The notes: generated by a model from the sequence alone, not told the origin. A DNA stretch of 64,000 nucleotides from Candidatus Zixiibacteriota bacterium (GCA_037441845.1 JBBIRK010000006.1:128001-192000), one strand, 5' to 3'; numbered from the stretch's first letter, positions 1-10,835 are shown. Numbers and translations: made by a program.

Positions 1-1336
1 CTCGCTTTTCGGTCGTCAAATTCTGCTCGATTCGCTCCAAACCAAGGTCGGGCAGGTGGCCGATATGAAGCGGCTCACCAAGGATTTACGCAGGATCGAA
101 CGTCTTTACGCGGCGGCGGGATATTCGCTTGCCAGAGCCTGGCTGATCGATATCGACCGTCAGTCCGGCCGAGTGGTGATCGGAATCGACGAGGGAAAGA
201 TAAACGGCATTCGTATCGAGGGGAACCGGCGCACGCGCGATTGGGTCATAATGCGCGACCTTCGTTTTCGCGTAGGCCATCATTTTTCGGAAAAAAAGGC
301 GGAGAGAAGTATCGATGATTTATATGCCTCCGGACTTTTCGAGTCGGTCAAGTTGCTGGCCGAGCCAGATTCGGTGGGGATCAGGCTGGTTGTGAAAGTC
401 GAGGAAAAATCATTCGATTATATCCGGGCCGGCCTTAGATACGACAATGAATATCATACGCAAGGTTTCGCCGACATCGTTTTTTCGAACATCATGGGGG
501 CAGGCAACGAGTTCAATATATCGAATCAATTCGGCGAAAAAAAACAGGCCGTATGGTTGAATCTCAAAGCCGACCGCATTTTCAAAACCTACGTCACCTA
601 CAGGACTTCGGTTTTTCATTCGATTTTCGACAGAAATTCATACTCCGACCACCGGCGTGTCGGTGAGTTCGATGAAACCTCAACCGGCGCGGAATTGGAA
701 CTCGGTCAGCAGTTCCCCCGTCTGGGCAAAGTATCGGCAGTGCTGTCGTATTCGGGAATCAGGTTCGACTCGCCGCAACAGGATCGGCGATTCGAGAAGA
801 TCGCCTCGGTTTCCTTTCGTTCTTTGGTGGATACGTTCGATGATATCCCGTTCACCAAAAAAGGAAAATATCATTATTTCGATCTCGAGTTCGCCGGCGA
901 CCTGCTCGGCGGCACGCTGGTTTACACCCGATTCTATACGGTGCTCGAAGCGCATTATCCACTCGGCCGCAAAACGAATTTTAATCCGAGAATCGCCCTG
1001 GGCCTGTCGTATCGACGGCTGCCGTATTTCAAATATTTCGATCTCGGCGGACGCGACACGTTTTATGGTCTGTTCGATCACGAGATAATGGGGGAGAAGC
1101 TGCTGAACGGGAACCTGGAAATCAGGCAGGAACTTCTCGACGACCTGTTTCTTTCGGCAAGATACGACGTCGGCAACGTTTGGGATAAAAACGATTCGAT
1201 CAAGCCGCGCAGCTTACGGCATGGGGGCGGACTTTCCCTGGCAATCAGAACCCCCATAGGTCCGTTGGGAATTGCTTACGGCCGCATTGACAAGGGAGAT
1301 GACGCTGTATACTTCTATGTCGGCCATGATTATTGA
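1..1336 (+). CDS. POTRA + Omp85/BamA-TamA family outer-membrane beta-barrel protein, 5'-truncated (possibly patatin-POTRA-Omp85)
   Basis: Frame is open from base 2. POTRA-like segment (IRIEGNRRTRDWVIMRDL...LYASGLF), barrel strands, LGGRDTFYG loop motif, C-terminal aromatic beta-signal YFYVGHDY. Confidence 0.8.
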   Translation, partial: SLFGRQILLDSLQTKVGQVADMKRLTKDLRRIERLYAAAGYSLARAWLIDIDRQSGRVVIGIDEGKINGIRIEGNRRTRDWVIMRDLRFRVGHHFSEKKAERSIDDLYASGLFESVKLLAEPDSVGIRLVVKVEEKSFDYIRAGLRYDNEYHTQGFADIVFSNIMGAGNEFNISNQFGEKKQAVWLNLKADRIFKTYVTYRTSVFHSIFDRNSYSDHRRVGEFDETSTGAELELGQQFPRLGKVSAVLSYSGIRFDSPQQDRRFEKIASVSFRSLVDTFDDIPFTKKGKYHYFDLEFAGDLLGGTLVYTRFYTVLEAHYPLGRKTNFNPRIALGLSYRRLPYFKYFDLGGRDTFYGLFDHEIMGEKLLNGNLEIRQELLDDLFLSARYDVGNVWDKNDSIKPRSLRHGGGLSLAIRTPIGPLGIAYGRIDKGDDAVYFYVGHDY

Positions 1337-1348
1337 TCGGCGGTCATT

Positions 1349-2233
1349 TCAAGACTGAAAGCTCTGCAGCCGCTTCAGCATATATTCGTGTAGATTGTTG
1401 ACTAAAGCGACGCCCGCGGCCACCAGACTTCCACCGATTACTATGCCGGTATAAAATGGCTCTCCTACGGCGACATGGCCGGTGATCACCGCCACCAATG
1501 GCGTCACGAATGCAATCATCGAAACCCGGGTCACGTTTTCGCTTTTCAGCAAATGATAATAAACGACGAACGCGACAGCCGAACCCAAAATCGATAGAAA
1601 CGACAATGAAATTATCGCCTGCGCCGTCCAATCAAATCCACCGACTCCTTCCATCAGATAGGCGAACGGTGCCAAACTTGTACCCGCCAAAAGCATCTGC
1701 CAGGCGGTCAGCTGGATCGGTTCCAATCCGGTGAGCCTCCTTTTGTGGATAATCGTCCCGATCGACGAAAAAAGCGGGGAAAACGCCGAACATATCATCG
1801 CATAGAAACCGAATCGGCCGTAAATACCGATATTATCTTTGAACAAATATACGATTCCTATAAAACCGACGACGATTCCGGCAATCTTTGTCGGATTGAG
1901 TTTGTCATCCTTTACGAAAAAATGGGCCAGCAATGCGGTATAGAAAGGCATTATCGCGAAAAGCACCGATGTCAGTCCTGAGGAAATATGCTGCTCCGCC
2001 CAGTATATCAGCACATAGGCAAGACAATACAAGCATAAGCCGCCTATAACCACATCCGCCCGAACGTAATTCAGCGGTCTCGGCTTTCCTTCGCGTAATA
2101 CCGCCACTCCCAAAAGAACGAGGCCCGCACATATGAAACGAATGGAAACCCCCCATAACGGGGGAATGCCGCTTAATCCGATTTTTATGGCCAGCCAGGT
2201 ATTTCCCCAGATAAGCGCCAGGATCGCCGTCAA
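1349..2233 (-). CDS. EamA/DMT family transporter
   Basis: About 10 hydrophobic segments, IWGNTWLAIKIGL...PP..RF N-terminal motif, two EamA halves. Start may lie slightly upstream. Confidence 0.85.
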   Translation of the reverse strand: MTAILALIWGNTWLAIKIGLSGIPPLWGVSIRFICAGLVLLGVAVLREGKPRPLNYVRADVVIGGLCLYCLAYVLIYWAEQHISSGLTSVLFAIMPFYTALLAHFFVKDDKLNPTKIAGIVVGFIGIVYLFKDNIGIYGRFGFYAMICSAFSPLFSSIGTIIHKRRLTGLEPIQLTAWQMLLAGTSLAPFAYLMEGVGGFDWTAQAIISLSFLSILGSAVAFVVYYHLLKSENVTRVSMIAFVTPLVAVITGHVAVGEPFYTGIVIGGSLVAAGVALVNNLHEYMLKRLQSFQS

Positions 2234-2259
2234 CAGGCCGTTGAACAGGTGCCTATTGA

Positions 2260-2688
2260 TCAGTTCCAGACGCTCCTGAGAAACTCATTCAGCAGGCCGG
2301 CGTCCACGAAGTAATCCACGGCTTCCTCGGTGCTCGATTGGTCCATTCCCCAGAGAGAAACCACCCGCGCTTTTTTGTCGGTTTCGAGTTGTATGAAATA
2401 ACGGTCTTCATGGTTGTGATAGATCGGCAACGTCTTGAACAGGCGGGCCGCCGCGGCGTTCACACCGGGGCCGCCGATACATATAGTCGGGCAGACCTGT
2501 ATTATTTTATCTCCCTCATAAAGGGAATCGGAAATCACTATACATTTGCGGAAAGGCAATTTCCCATAGGCGGGATAGCTTTCGATTCGGCGTTTGAGTT
2601 TATAGGCGATCGGCCGATCTTTTTCCTCCGGCTTTATATCGGAGCCGACCACGATAAGTATCGTTTGATTGATATCCAATTCCTGCAT
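2260..2688 (-). CDS. Hypothetical protein (142 aa)
   Basis: Clean ATG ORF abutting the EamA gene, protein-like composition (ICIGGPGVNAAA). Confidence 0.7.
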   Translation of the reverse strand: MQELDINQTILIVVGSDIKPEEKDRPIAYKLKRRIESYPAYGKLPFRKCIVISDSLYEGDKIIQVCPTICIGGPGVNAAAARLFKTLPIYHNHEDRYFIQLETDKKARVVSLWGMDQSSTEEAVDYFVDAGLLNEFLRSVWN

Positions 2689-2790
2689 ATATCCCCAAGA
2701 TAACCCTCAATCGCGGCACCCTGATTCGACATTTCCCAGCCGCATAGCCGACGAACGTTCCCGATTGATCCGCGGTTCCCTGCGGGTCGG

Positions 2791-5385
2791 CTATTGATAA
2801 ACTTTCAATATCTGCCTGGCTTCCATATCTTCGGGATGATGCCCCATCCACCAGGTCAACAATTGCCGGCCTTTGTCCTTTTTGTTGGTGGCGGTGTATA
2901 GCTGCAACAGGAAACGGAAAGTCAGGCTGCTCGATGGGTCGAGCTTTAAGGCCGCTTCATACGCCTCTATAGCTTTCTCATAATTCCGATTGGCGAAATG
3001 CACTACTCCCAGAAATTGGCGATACAGCGTTATCTCCGGCCAGGTCTTGACCGCAAGTTCGAGATTTTTCACCCCGGTTTCGTAAGCTATCCGCGCACTG
3101 TCGGCATAGGCGCTGTCGGAATAAAGCATTCTTAAATCGACGAAAGTTTGATAGTAATACGGAAATTTCTCCACGCAATCCCAGTATGTTTGTTTCGCTT
3201 TTGTCGTATCCCCCGAATCCAAGTAATATTTTGCTAGATCGACGAACCTTTCCGGATAAGTCGTGGTCAACCCCACGTTGTTTTCGTCTTTGTAAATTCC
3301 CAAATCGCTGACCCCGCGGTAGCGATACATATCATACAGGAAAGAACGAGTGGCCTCGGCATCGATAGCAGGATTCGGTTTTTCCGGCATAATCTGCAGA
3401 ACCATTCCTTTTCTTAACGTGTAATCCGAAAGAATCCAGCGGTTCGATGTCGGCACCGAGGTCGAAAAATAGATCGGGTATTTCCATTTGTTGGCCCAGA
3501 CGATCCGTTCGATCATTTGATCCTGCACCCTGATAACATTACCGGTCTTGGAATCCTGAAACGGCGCCAAATATCTGTTGATTCCCCTTATCGGGTCATA
3601 ATAAGGTTTAATCGGGCGATAAATTATCACCTGCCCGCGACGATCGAACGGTTTCCAGAGTATCTGCTCGTCCTCGAGTTCCACCGGTACGTTCATGAAA
3701 TGTTTCAACTGGTAGATGTACCAATCGGTGTTTAATAACGACAGATTGACGACCCGCACGTCCTTGCGGACGCCTTCCACCTCTTGAAGGTACCATAGCG
3801 GAAAAGTATCGTTGTCGCCGTTGGTGAAAATAATCCCGTCTTTTTCGCAGGAATTGAGGATATTATAGGCGTAGTCAGGCGGCATATAATCGCCCGTGCG
3901 ATCGTGCGTCCGCCAGTGGTAGCTGGCGGTGTCGATCGGCAATAAAATCACGATGACCGCGGCGGCCGCGAACACCGCATTAGCCGCATTCCCGATTCGC
4001 CCTTTGAGCCAGTCTATTATTTTGCCGAGAATCACCGCCAAGCCGATTCCGATCAGTATCGCATAAGTCATGAAGCCTTGGGTCCAGAAATAGTCGCGGT
4101 CGCGCACCTCCAGATGATCTCCGCGGGTGCCGTCCGAAAAATTCAGGTACAAGATCAACCCGAGCGAGGCGATCAAGAATATCAGCGTAATCAGCGTTCC
4201 ATTATTGAAATTTCTCTTTATCGACCAGTAAATCCCCAGCAGGCCGATTATGAACGGCAAATAGCGCAACGCCCCCCAGTCCTTGTTGTTGTATTGATCC
4301 CGGAAATAGCCCCAGAACCCCATATGCGGATAAGCGCCGAATTGGTGGGCGAAACTGCCGCGCCGCTTGAACATTCTGGTCACCATCGATTCCTGACCAT
4401 ACTGCTTGCGCGCCATGTAGTCCTCGAACCGATTCAAGGTTGCCGGGTTATTCTCGTTGATCGCCGGATTTTGCGCCGCTCGTATGGGGATATAAAGATG
4501 GGTCGAAAATCCGGCCAGGGCCGCCACCAACAACGCAAAACAAAGTCCCCATGCGGCCTGAGTCTTTCCGGATGTTCGCAAAAACGCGATCAGGCAGATC
4601 ACCGCATAAAGAACAACCAGCGTGAGCCAGGTCAACGTAGGATAAGAATTGAGCCCCGGGAAAAACACGAATACCAAAAAGTGAAGCGGCATGGCGATCG
4701 AAAAAAGAATCCCCCAACAGATCCAAAATCGCCAATCTTTCAGTTTGTTGCTGTCAACGAGCATGAAATAGATAACCAGAGCCGGTGTTATGAGAAAAAC
4801 CGTCAGGTGGATTCCTATTGATAAGAACAGCAGATAAGATATCGCCACCAGCGCCAGATCGCCTCCGCCGAGCGGCTTTTTTTCAGCCCATTTGATAGCG
4901 ATAAAAGGAATCAGCAATGTCAGAAACGTGGCTAGGCTATAGACCTCGGTCTCGACCGTGTTGAACCAGAAAGTCGAAGAAAACGCCATAATCAGGCTGC
5001 CGCTCAGCCCGCCGATACATATCCCCAAACGCGCCAACAAGGTCTGCGGCTTGACCACGACCGCGGCGATTCGCACAATCAGCAAATAAGCCAATACCAC
5101 GGTTGCCGCCCCGGCAAGAACGGAAATGAAATTCGTATTTTGAGCAGGGGTCGGCATTATCCCCAGAAGCATGAAAAATTTGCCGATCAATATGAACAAC
5201 GGAGTTCCCGGAGGATGAGGGACACCCAAAATATAGGAACAAGCGATAAACTCGCCGCAATCCCAAAACGAAACCGTGGGAGCCATCGTTTTCAAATAGC
5301 ATATGAAACTTATCAGGAAAGCGATGATCGCCCCGGCATAAAAAATCAATCTGGCAAATTTCTGATTTTGCTCTTGATCGCCCAT
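2791..5385 (-). CDS. DUF2723/TMEM260-like membrane glycosyltransferase with C-terminal TPR
   Basis: APTVSFWDCGEFIA...GVPHPPGTPLF, EVYS and GDNDTFPLWYLQEVEG motifs, many TM helices, TPR-like C-terminus, GGAGGAG SD. Confidence 0.85.
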   Translation of the reverse strand: MGDQEQNQKFARLIFYAGAIIAFLISFICYLKTMAPTVSFWDCGEFIACSYILGVPHPPGTPLFILIGKFFMLLGIMPTPAQNTNFISVLAGAATVVLAYLLIVRIAAVVVKPQTLLARLGICIGGLSGSLIMAFSSTFWFNTVETEVYSLATFLTLLIPFIAIKWAEKKPLGGGDLALVAISYLLFLSIGIHLTVFLITPALVIYFMLVDSNKLKDWRFWICWGILFSIAMPLHFLVFVFFPGLNSYPTLTWLTLVVLYAVICLIAFLRTSGKTQAAWGLCFALLVAALAGFSTHLYIPIRAAQNPAINENNPATLNRFEDYMARKQYGQESMVTRMFKRRGSFAHQFGAYPHMGFWGYFRDQYNNKDWGALRYLPFIIGLLGIYWSIKRNFNNGTLITLIFLIASLGLILYLNFSDGTRGDHLEVRDRDYFWTQGFMTYAILIGIGLAVILGKIIDWLKGRIGNAANAVFAAAAVIVILLPIDTASYHWRTHDRTGDYMPPDYAYNILNSCEKDGIIFTNGDNDTFPLWYLQEVEGVRKDVRVVNLSLLNTDWYIYQLKHFMNVPVELEDEQILWKPFDRRGQVIIYRPIKPYYDPIRGINRYLAPFQDSKTGNVIRVQDQMIERIVWANKWKYPIYFSTSVPTSNRWILSDYTLRKGMVLQIMPEKPNPAIDAEATRSFLYDMYRYRGVSDLGIYKDENNVGLTTTYPERFVDLAKYYLDSGDTTKAKQTYWDCVEKFPYYYQTFVDLRMLYSDSAYADSARIAYETGVKNLELAVKTWPEITLYRQFLGVVHFANRNYEKAIEAYEAALKLDPSSSLTFRFLLQLYTATNKKDKGRQLLTWWMGHHPEDMEARQILKVYQ

Positions 5386-5516
5386 ACTCCTCCAATCGTA
5401 TCAAAACGTCATAATACCCATTTTCGTATCGAATGTCAATTGCGCAGAGATTGATTTTAGCCGATTAGGCAAGATTCTTTCGATCGGCGGAAATGCAATT
5501 CAAATGTCGGGCGGGA

Positions 5517-6019
5517 TCAAACGCTTGAGTTACCGGTTTTTGTCGAAACTATGGCTCTCTCCAGCGCCTCGGGTCGCTGCGATCCTATCAGGACTTTCTT
5601 CCCCTGGGTTAATTCCAACTGAACCCCTCGATTTCCTTGCACCGTGTTGGCCATGCCCCGCTTTATTCCCCAACGGATTCCCCAGCCGCCGTATTCCAAT
5701 ATCGGCCGATAATCGCGTGCCTTACGAGCCGCTATTTCATCTTTTTTAATGCGACGCCGATATATCGAAAAATATTGCACCGTCAATCCCTCGGCATCCA
5801 CAACGGTGGTCATCTTGACCGACAGCAAAAAAGCCGGTATCAGCAAGCCCCCGCTATGAAGTAGATCCAAAAACCTGTTTCCGATCCGGTCGCCGAAATT
5901 TCCGTGTCTTTAAGCAAAACCGCCTTGACAAAAAGATACCAGGCCAACGCAGCCATAATAACGATAATCAGCCAAATTCACCATTGCCGAGGCCTTTGAA
6001 TCTCCTTAAAAAAGGGCAT
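5517..6019 (-). pseudogene. DUF6141-like membrane protein, disrupted
   Basis: ATG at 6019 reads MPFFKEIQRPRQW*IWLII (TGA at 5978-5980). A frameshift in the C5 run at 5848-5852 then joins the ORF containing YRPILEYGGWGIRW...GNRGVQLEL..GKKVLIGSQRP. Confidence 0.7.
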
Positions 6020-6109
6020 TTGCATTCGACCGGTTCAGCATTGACTGCATCTATCATTCGCCGGATTGCATGAAAAGGATTTAATTCGGGTTTGGCCGCT
6101 TGCTGCGTG

Positions 6110-8170
6110 TCATTTCGCCAACGTCAGTTTCAACGTGCGGCTTTTATCGGCTATTTGCAGCCGGGCGAAATAGATCCCCGAGGGGTTATCGCCGGCCTCC
6201 CAGACCGCCCGATAGACCCCGGGTTGCCTGCTCTCATCGACCAGCGTCTCCACCTGCCGACCCAGAATATCGAATATCTCCAGTTTCACCGCCCCGGCGT
6301 TGTCGATTCCATACTCGAATGCAGTCGAAGAGTTGAACGGATTGGGATAGCATGATAAATTTAATGAATTCGGCAAGGCGGGAATCACATCACCTATGCC
6401 GGTTTCCGATAGATTCTCCACAGCAGTCAGAATACAATGATCGTTTACAACCAAATCGTCATCACCGTCCCCGTCGAGATCCGCCAGATCGGAGTAAACC
6501 AAAACCGGGCCGGTATAATCCGCAAAAACGCTCGGATCATATGAAAAAAACGGTGCCGATGGTGTGCCCATGTTTATGTATGCTCTGAACGAGCCGGCCG
6601 TTTGCCCCACGAAATCCACGAGTGCATCGTCATTAAGTTTGGCTTTTCGTACCCTGATGTTGACATCCCTTTCGATTCCCCTGATAAGGGCTGGATTAGG
6701 CGACCATTGCGGATTCCCGCCGCCGATATTTTCATAGCTTTGAAGCAGTCCCCATTGATTGCGAACGATCATATCCAAATCACCATCGCTGTCCAGGTCA
6801 ACCAGCTCCGGATAATGATTGGGCCCTGCATCATTTAATTGCTGGAAACAGGAGGAATTCAATGAATAGCTTGTTTCACCGATCGCAAAAGCTGCGCCAA
6901 GAAGTCCATAGCGTTCATAAGCAAGATCAGGAAGGCCGTCTCGATTTATATCGCCGGAGGTTGGAGACAAACTGCCATTCAAACCGAATCCCATTCCATT
7001 GTAGAGATGCGGCAGGATTGAAAATGGTCTGAAGTCGGGCGCGCCCATAGCGCCTTCGTTGATAAAAGCCATCCAATAAACATAATAATCCGGCCACATA
7101 AAATAGTTCGACAAAGTGAAAGTCTGCGCAATATCGAAAATGCCATCCGCTTGATGGTCCCATAAAGCCAGATCGTCGCCATGATTATGGATCGGTCCCA
7201 GCCAGACCACCGGGGCTCGGTAATTGGGAATATACATCGTGCCGATGTTTGGTATGGTTAACACACTCTTTTCCCGAAGCCCCAATATAAGATCTTTGTC
7301 CCAATCCCCATCGATATCGCCGCAACAGAGAAAAGGATGGATTCCGGCCTCGCGGCATTCAATCAATCTCGAGTGATTTATCGAAAAATCGGGATTTTCG
7401 CTGGACCCATTATTCAAGAATATGTCGAGTATATATAGAGGATTATCGAATTCAAGCCATAGCCTGATTATATCGATGACTCCGTCATTGTTTAAGTCCG
7501 ACGCCTCGAATTGGGGATAATTGTATGCGACCGGCAGCGCCGCCGATACCAACGAATCGTATTGCCAGAAAGCACTATCTATGCTTCCCGCATTGCGATA
7601 TAGATTGCAAGTCCACGGATACTCCCCCCAGCTCCAGGCGATAATGTCCCAATCCCCATCATTTTCCCAATCAACGAATCTCGGCGCGACAATCGACCAA
7701 GTGGGCATATTATAAAAACTGTTAATCCGAACCCAGTTGGGTTGCCAGGATGTACCGACGTTTCTGAATACGAAAATTGAATCGAATCCCGTTTCGTAAT
7801 CAGCCGTGTCCCGCCTTTGTATTACCAGCTCCACCTGGCCGTTGTTATCGAAATCCCCCATTACCGGCATCAGGGCCCAGCCCGGGAAGTTTATCTGAGC
7901 AAAATAACTGGTATCCTGCCGCCAGCGCCGAATTTCCGGGTAGCCATCGTTGTAATACAGCCAGATTTTGCCCTGCCGATGCCCGATAAGCAGGTCCTGA
8001 TCGCCGTCGTTATCGACGTCATAGAGATAAGGAGCATTGACACCAGGCGCCTTGATTCCGCTCGGATTTAGTAAATCCTCGTTTACCCGCCACGTCCAGT
8101 GTGTCTGGCCGAATGCAAACGAAAACGCATATAGCCCGAACGCCGTTATAGGAATATGTTAGATTTTCAC
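6110..8170 (-). pseudogene. Secreted FG-GAP/VCBS-repeat protein with C-terminal sorting-like (FlgD-Ig/T9SS-type) domain; nonsense codon at position 4
   Basis: GGAGG SD then GTG AAA ATC TAA (8170-8159). The same frame continues as a signal-peptide-like stretch and DVDNDGDQDL repeats into ORF 6110-7870, with many DxDxDGDxD motifs and a YPNPFN...IFDILGRQV...SGIYF tail. Confidence 0.7.
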
Positions 8171-8262
8171 GCCCTCCGATTATATGCCATTAAAATGTAA
8201 AGCATTGTCCGGATTATGTCAATAATTTATTATATTTCGGGCTGAATTCCCCGGGCAGCGGC

Positions 8263-8643
8263 TTATTTATCTCCGCCGTCCGGTTTCGGTGTCGGGCCGT
8301 AGACGATCAAATCGACCCGCTGATCCTCGGTGCCGTGCTGTATCACGACCGCTTCCGAGCGCACGCAATCGGAGGCGACATTCAACCGCAAACGCAGACG
8401 ATAACGACCGGCAGGCAGGCCGGCCGCTCCGGTATCGTAGTAGGCCTTACCGGACCGGCAAATCACCGGCAATAGGGTTATGAATCGCCCGGTCATCGAC
8501 TCGATCACCACCTGATCGCTGATGGCGCCGCCGGCACATTCACATCCTTGATAGCTGATCTCACCGTATAGTCTATGCTCGGCGCCTGCCGCGGAAACTA
8601 GGGTTGTCAGCGCCGCCAAAATCATCAAAGTCTTCCAAAGCAT
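8263..8643 (-). CDS. Small secreted Cys-containing hypothetical protein
   Basis: GGAG SD before ATG 8643, signal peptide MLWKTLMILAALTTLVSAAGA, 4 Cys; paralog at 10456-10835. Confidence 0.7.
   Translation of the reverse strand: MLWKTLMILAALTTLVSAAGAEHRLYGEISYQGCECAGGAISDQVVIESMTGRFITLLPVICRSGKAYYDTGAAGLPAGRYRLRLRLNVASDCVRSEAVVIQHGTEDQRVDLIVYGPTPKPDGGDK
8276..8337. repeat. 62-bp direct repeat, copy 1 (copy 2 at 10469-10530)
   Basis: 59 of 62 identical by manual alignment; encodes HGTEDQRVDLIVYGPTPKPDG on the minus strand. Confidence 0.9.
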
Positions 8644-8657
8644 ATTACCGCACTCCT

Positions 8658-10388
8658 TCATTTGAGCAGCGACATCCGGATAGCCCGCTGCTGTCGGTCG
8701 TTTTTCACGACTGCCAGATAGACGCCCGAGGGCATATCATCGGCTTCCCATTTGAGTCTGTGAATCCCCGCCGGTTGTCGTCCTTGGAACAGATCGGCCA
8801 CCTTTCTGCCGAGGATATCGTAGATATCCACGCACACCCGGCTTTCCGCGGGCAGACCGTATTCGATAACCGTGACCGAATTGAACGGATTGGGATAGTT
8901 CGGCTTGAGAATGAAGGCGGAGGGGATAGGCTCTCGGTTATCTGCGATAGAGGTGACGTTGTCGACGAAATTGTAGTTTTTGGTCAAAAGACGATCATGG
9001 GACACCATCGGCCACTGAGTGGTTGGGCCGGTGGAGTCGGGGAAAATGTAAAATTCGACATAGGCGCTGTCGACATTTGCCCAAGGATCTTTGGCTTCAG
9101 TGAATAGGGTCATGTAGAGACGATTTAATTCCGGGTCGAGCGCGAACGCCGGAGGGTGCCAGAAATTGCAACCCCCGATTACCAGCGGATAGCCGGGCAG
9201 AAGATCACCCAGGTGGTCGACTCCGTAAAGGTAACTGTAATAATTCGTGTCCGGCCCTACGATGTCGCAATAGAGTGCATTGAAGTCGGAAAAAATCTCG
9301 CAGTCGTCATCACCATCAACATCGACGACGATGAAGTCCGAAACCGGCAGCCAGACGGCTACGTCGGGAGCATCGTGAAAACGAGGCCAGCCAGGCAAGT
9401 TATCACCCTCGATATCGATAGCGTAAAGACTGTCTGCCGAAAACAACATCTCGAGATCGCCGTCATGGTCGATATCGGCGGCCACCGGCGACTGAAACGG
9501 CATGCCGTGAACATATTTCGGCCAGCCGGGTTTCATAACTCCCGTATGCTCATAGACCGCCGCGAAACCGCGCATGTTGACATAGTTGTTGTCATCGCCG
9601 GTAATTAGGATCTCCGGGTATCCGTCGAAATCGATGTCGGCTATTTCCGGACCATACCAGGGATTGAAGAAGAAGGTGTCGGAATTGATTACCTCTATGG
9701 GGAAACCGGGCTGTGTGGTGCCGTCAAAGCGAAAGCAATATAAGTGTCTTTGTCCTTTCAGAAGATATTCGAGATAGCCGTCCATATCCAGGTCGGCGAT
9801 AGCGCCCCCTCCGCCGATCGAACCGGATACCCACGGTTCAAGCGGAACCGGCCATCCGGGTTGTGTCTGGCCGAAACGATCGACACAGAAGATAAGATCG
9901 GCGTCGATATCGAAGGCGATGATTTCATATTCCCCGTCGTTATCGATATCGGCCACATTGGGTGGAGCGGCCTTAGGGAAAATAAGAGGAAAATCGGGAA
10001 ATATCGAGCCGTCGTGGTCGATAAGATAAAGCTCGGAACGAACATAATGATTCTGCTCATCCCGCCGGAATCCCGAGACGGCGAACTCGTCGAAACCGTC
10101 ATGGTCGATATCTACGACCACGCAAACATCGCCGAACAGCACCCGTGGGAATATCAAGGGGAATCCGGGGAAAAACGAACCATCAAGGTGGAACTTATCG
10201 ATATCCCATGTTATGTTACTCGAATACAGTGCGGATGAATCGTCGTCACATTCCGGCACGGGAACGGGCACCGTCGTTGTCGCCCAAATCTCCGTTCTTG
10301 TCAGGTATGGCCAGCCCGGGACCATTTGCGGGATCTGGCCGAAAGCTTCTCCGATAGCCAAAAGCAATAATACAAGTATCAGATACAT
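8658..10388 (-). CDS. Secreted FG-GAP/VCBS-repeat protein with C-terminal sorting-like domain
   Basis: Signal peptide, repeated ADIDxDGxxE and PG[WF]P motifs, NYPNPFNS...YDILGRKV...SGVYL tail, GGAGGTG SD. Confidence 0.85.
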   Translation of the reverse strand: MYLILVLLLLAIGEAFGQIPQMVPGWPYLTRTEIWATTTVPVPVPECDDDSSALYSSNITWDIDKFHLDGSFFPGFPLIFPRVLFGDVCVVVDIDHDGFDEFAVSGFRRDEQNHYVRSELYLIDHDGSIFPDFPLIFPKAAPPNVADIDNDGEYEIIAFDIDADLIFCVDRFGQTQPGWPVPLEPWVSGSIGGGGAIADLDMDGYLEYLLKGQRHLYCFRFDGTTQPGFPIEVINSDTFFFNPWYGPEIADIDFDGYPEILITGDDNNYVNMRGFAAVYEHTGVMKPGWPKYVHGMPFQSPVAADIDHDGDLEMLFSADSLYAIDIEGDNLPGWPRFHDAPDVAVWLPVSDFIVVDVDGDDDCEIFSDFNALYCDIVGPDTNYYSYLYGVDHLGDLLPGYPLVIGGCNFWHPPAFALDPELNRLYMTLFTEAKDPWANVDSAYVEFYIFPDSTGPTTQWPMVSHDRLLTKNYNFVDNVTSIADNREPIPSAFILKPNYPNPFNSVTVIEYGLPAESRVCVDIYDILGRKVADLFQGRQPAGIHRLKWEADDMPSGVYLAVVKNDRQQRAIRMSLLK

Positions 10389-10414
10389 GTTTCACCTCCC
10401 CAAAAGAGGTTTAT

Positions 10415-10437
10415 GGGGTGTCCACAAGGGACACCCC
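10415..10437. other. Intergenic stem-loop
   Basis: GGGGTGTCC-ACAAG-GGACACCCC, perfect 9-bp stem between the small gene and the FG-GAP gene; no clear U-tract. Confidence 0.5.
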
Positions 10438-10455
10438 TAAAAATTAGGTCGCCGC

Positions 10456-10835
10456 TTATTCTTCGGATCCGTCCGGTTTCGGCGTCGGGCCATAGACGAT
10501 CAGATCGACCCGCTGATCCTCGGTGCCGTGGTAAACTCTAACTATCTGGGAAAGGTCACAATTTGATCCTCGGCCCAGATCGACATAAAGCGTATATAAT
10601 ACTCCGGTGGATAGGTCGATGCGCTATTATAACCGGGCTGTGTCCACCTGCAACTTACGGCCGCCCATCCTTCAAAGCCGCCCACTGCTTTAATTATAAC
10701 CTTATCACCGTAAGCCAATTCTTGGCAATCGCAGTTTAGGTAAGTAATTTCGCCATAAAAGCCGCCATCGGCCACGGCTGCGGAGGCCGCAAAAACAGCC
10801 ATAATAAGCATGGTTAAGAATACTCTACCGAACAT
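10456..10835 (-). pseudogene. Paralog of the small secreted Cys protein, frameshifted
   Basis: Signal peptide and YGEITYLNCDC. A frameshift at the TATATA run (10593-10598) restores YTLYVDLGRGSNCDLSQIVRVYHGTEDQRVDLIVYGPTPKPDGSEE*. Confidence 0.75.
10469..10530. repeat. 62-bp direct repeat, copy 2
   Basis: See 8276-8337. Confidence 0.9.

Noticed and set aside
5978..5980. In-frame TGA as selenocysteine or recoded Trp
   Set aside because: It falls in a Trp-rich context in a gene that also has a frameshift, and TGA is used as a normal stop elsewhere in the window.
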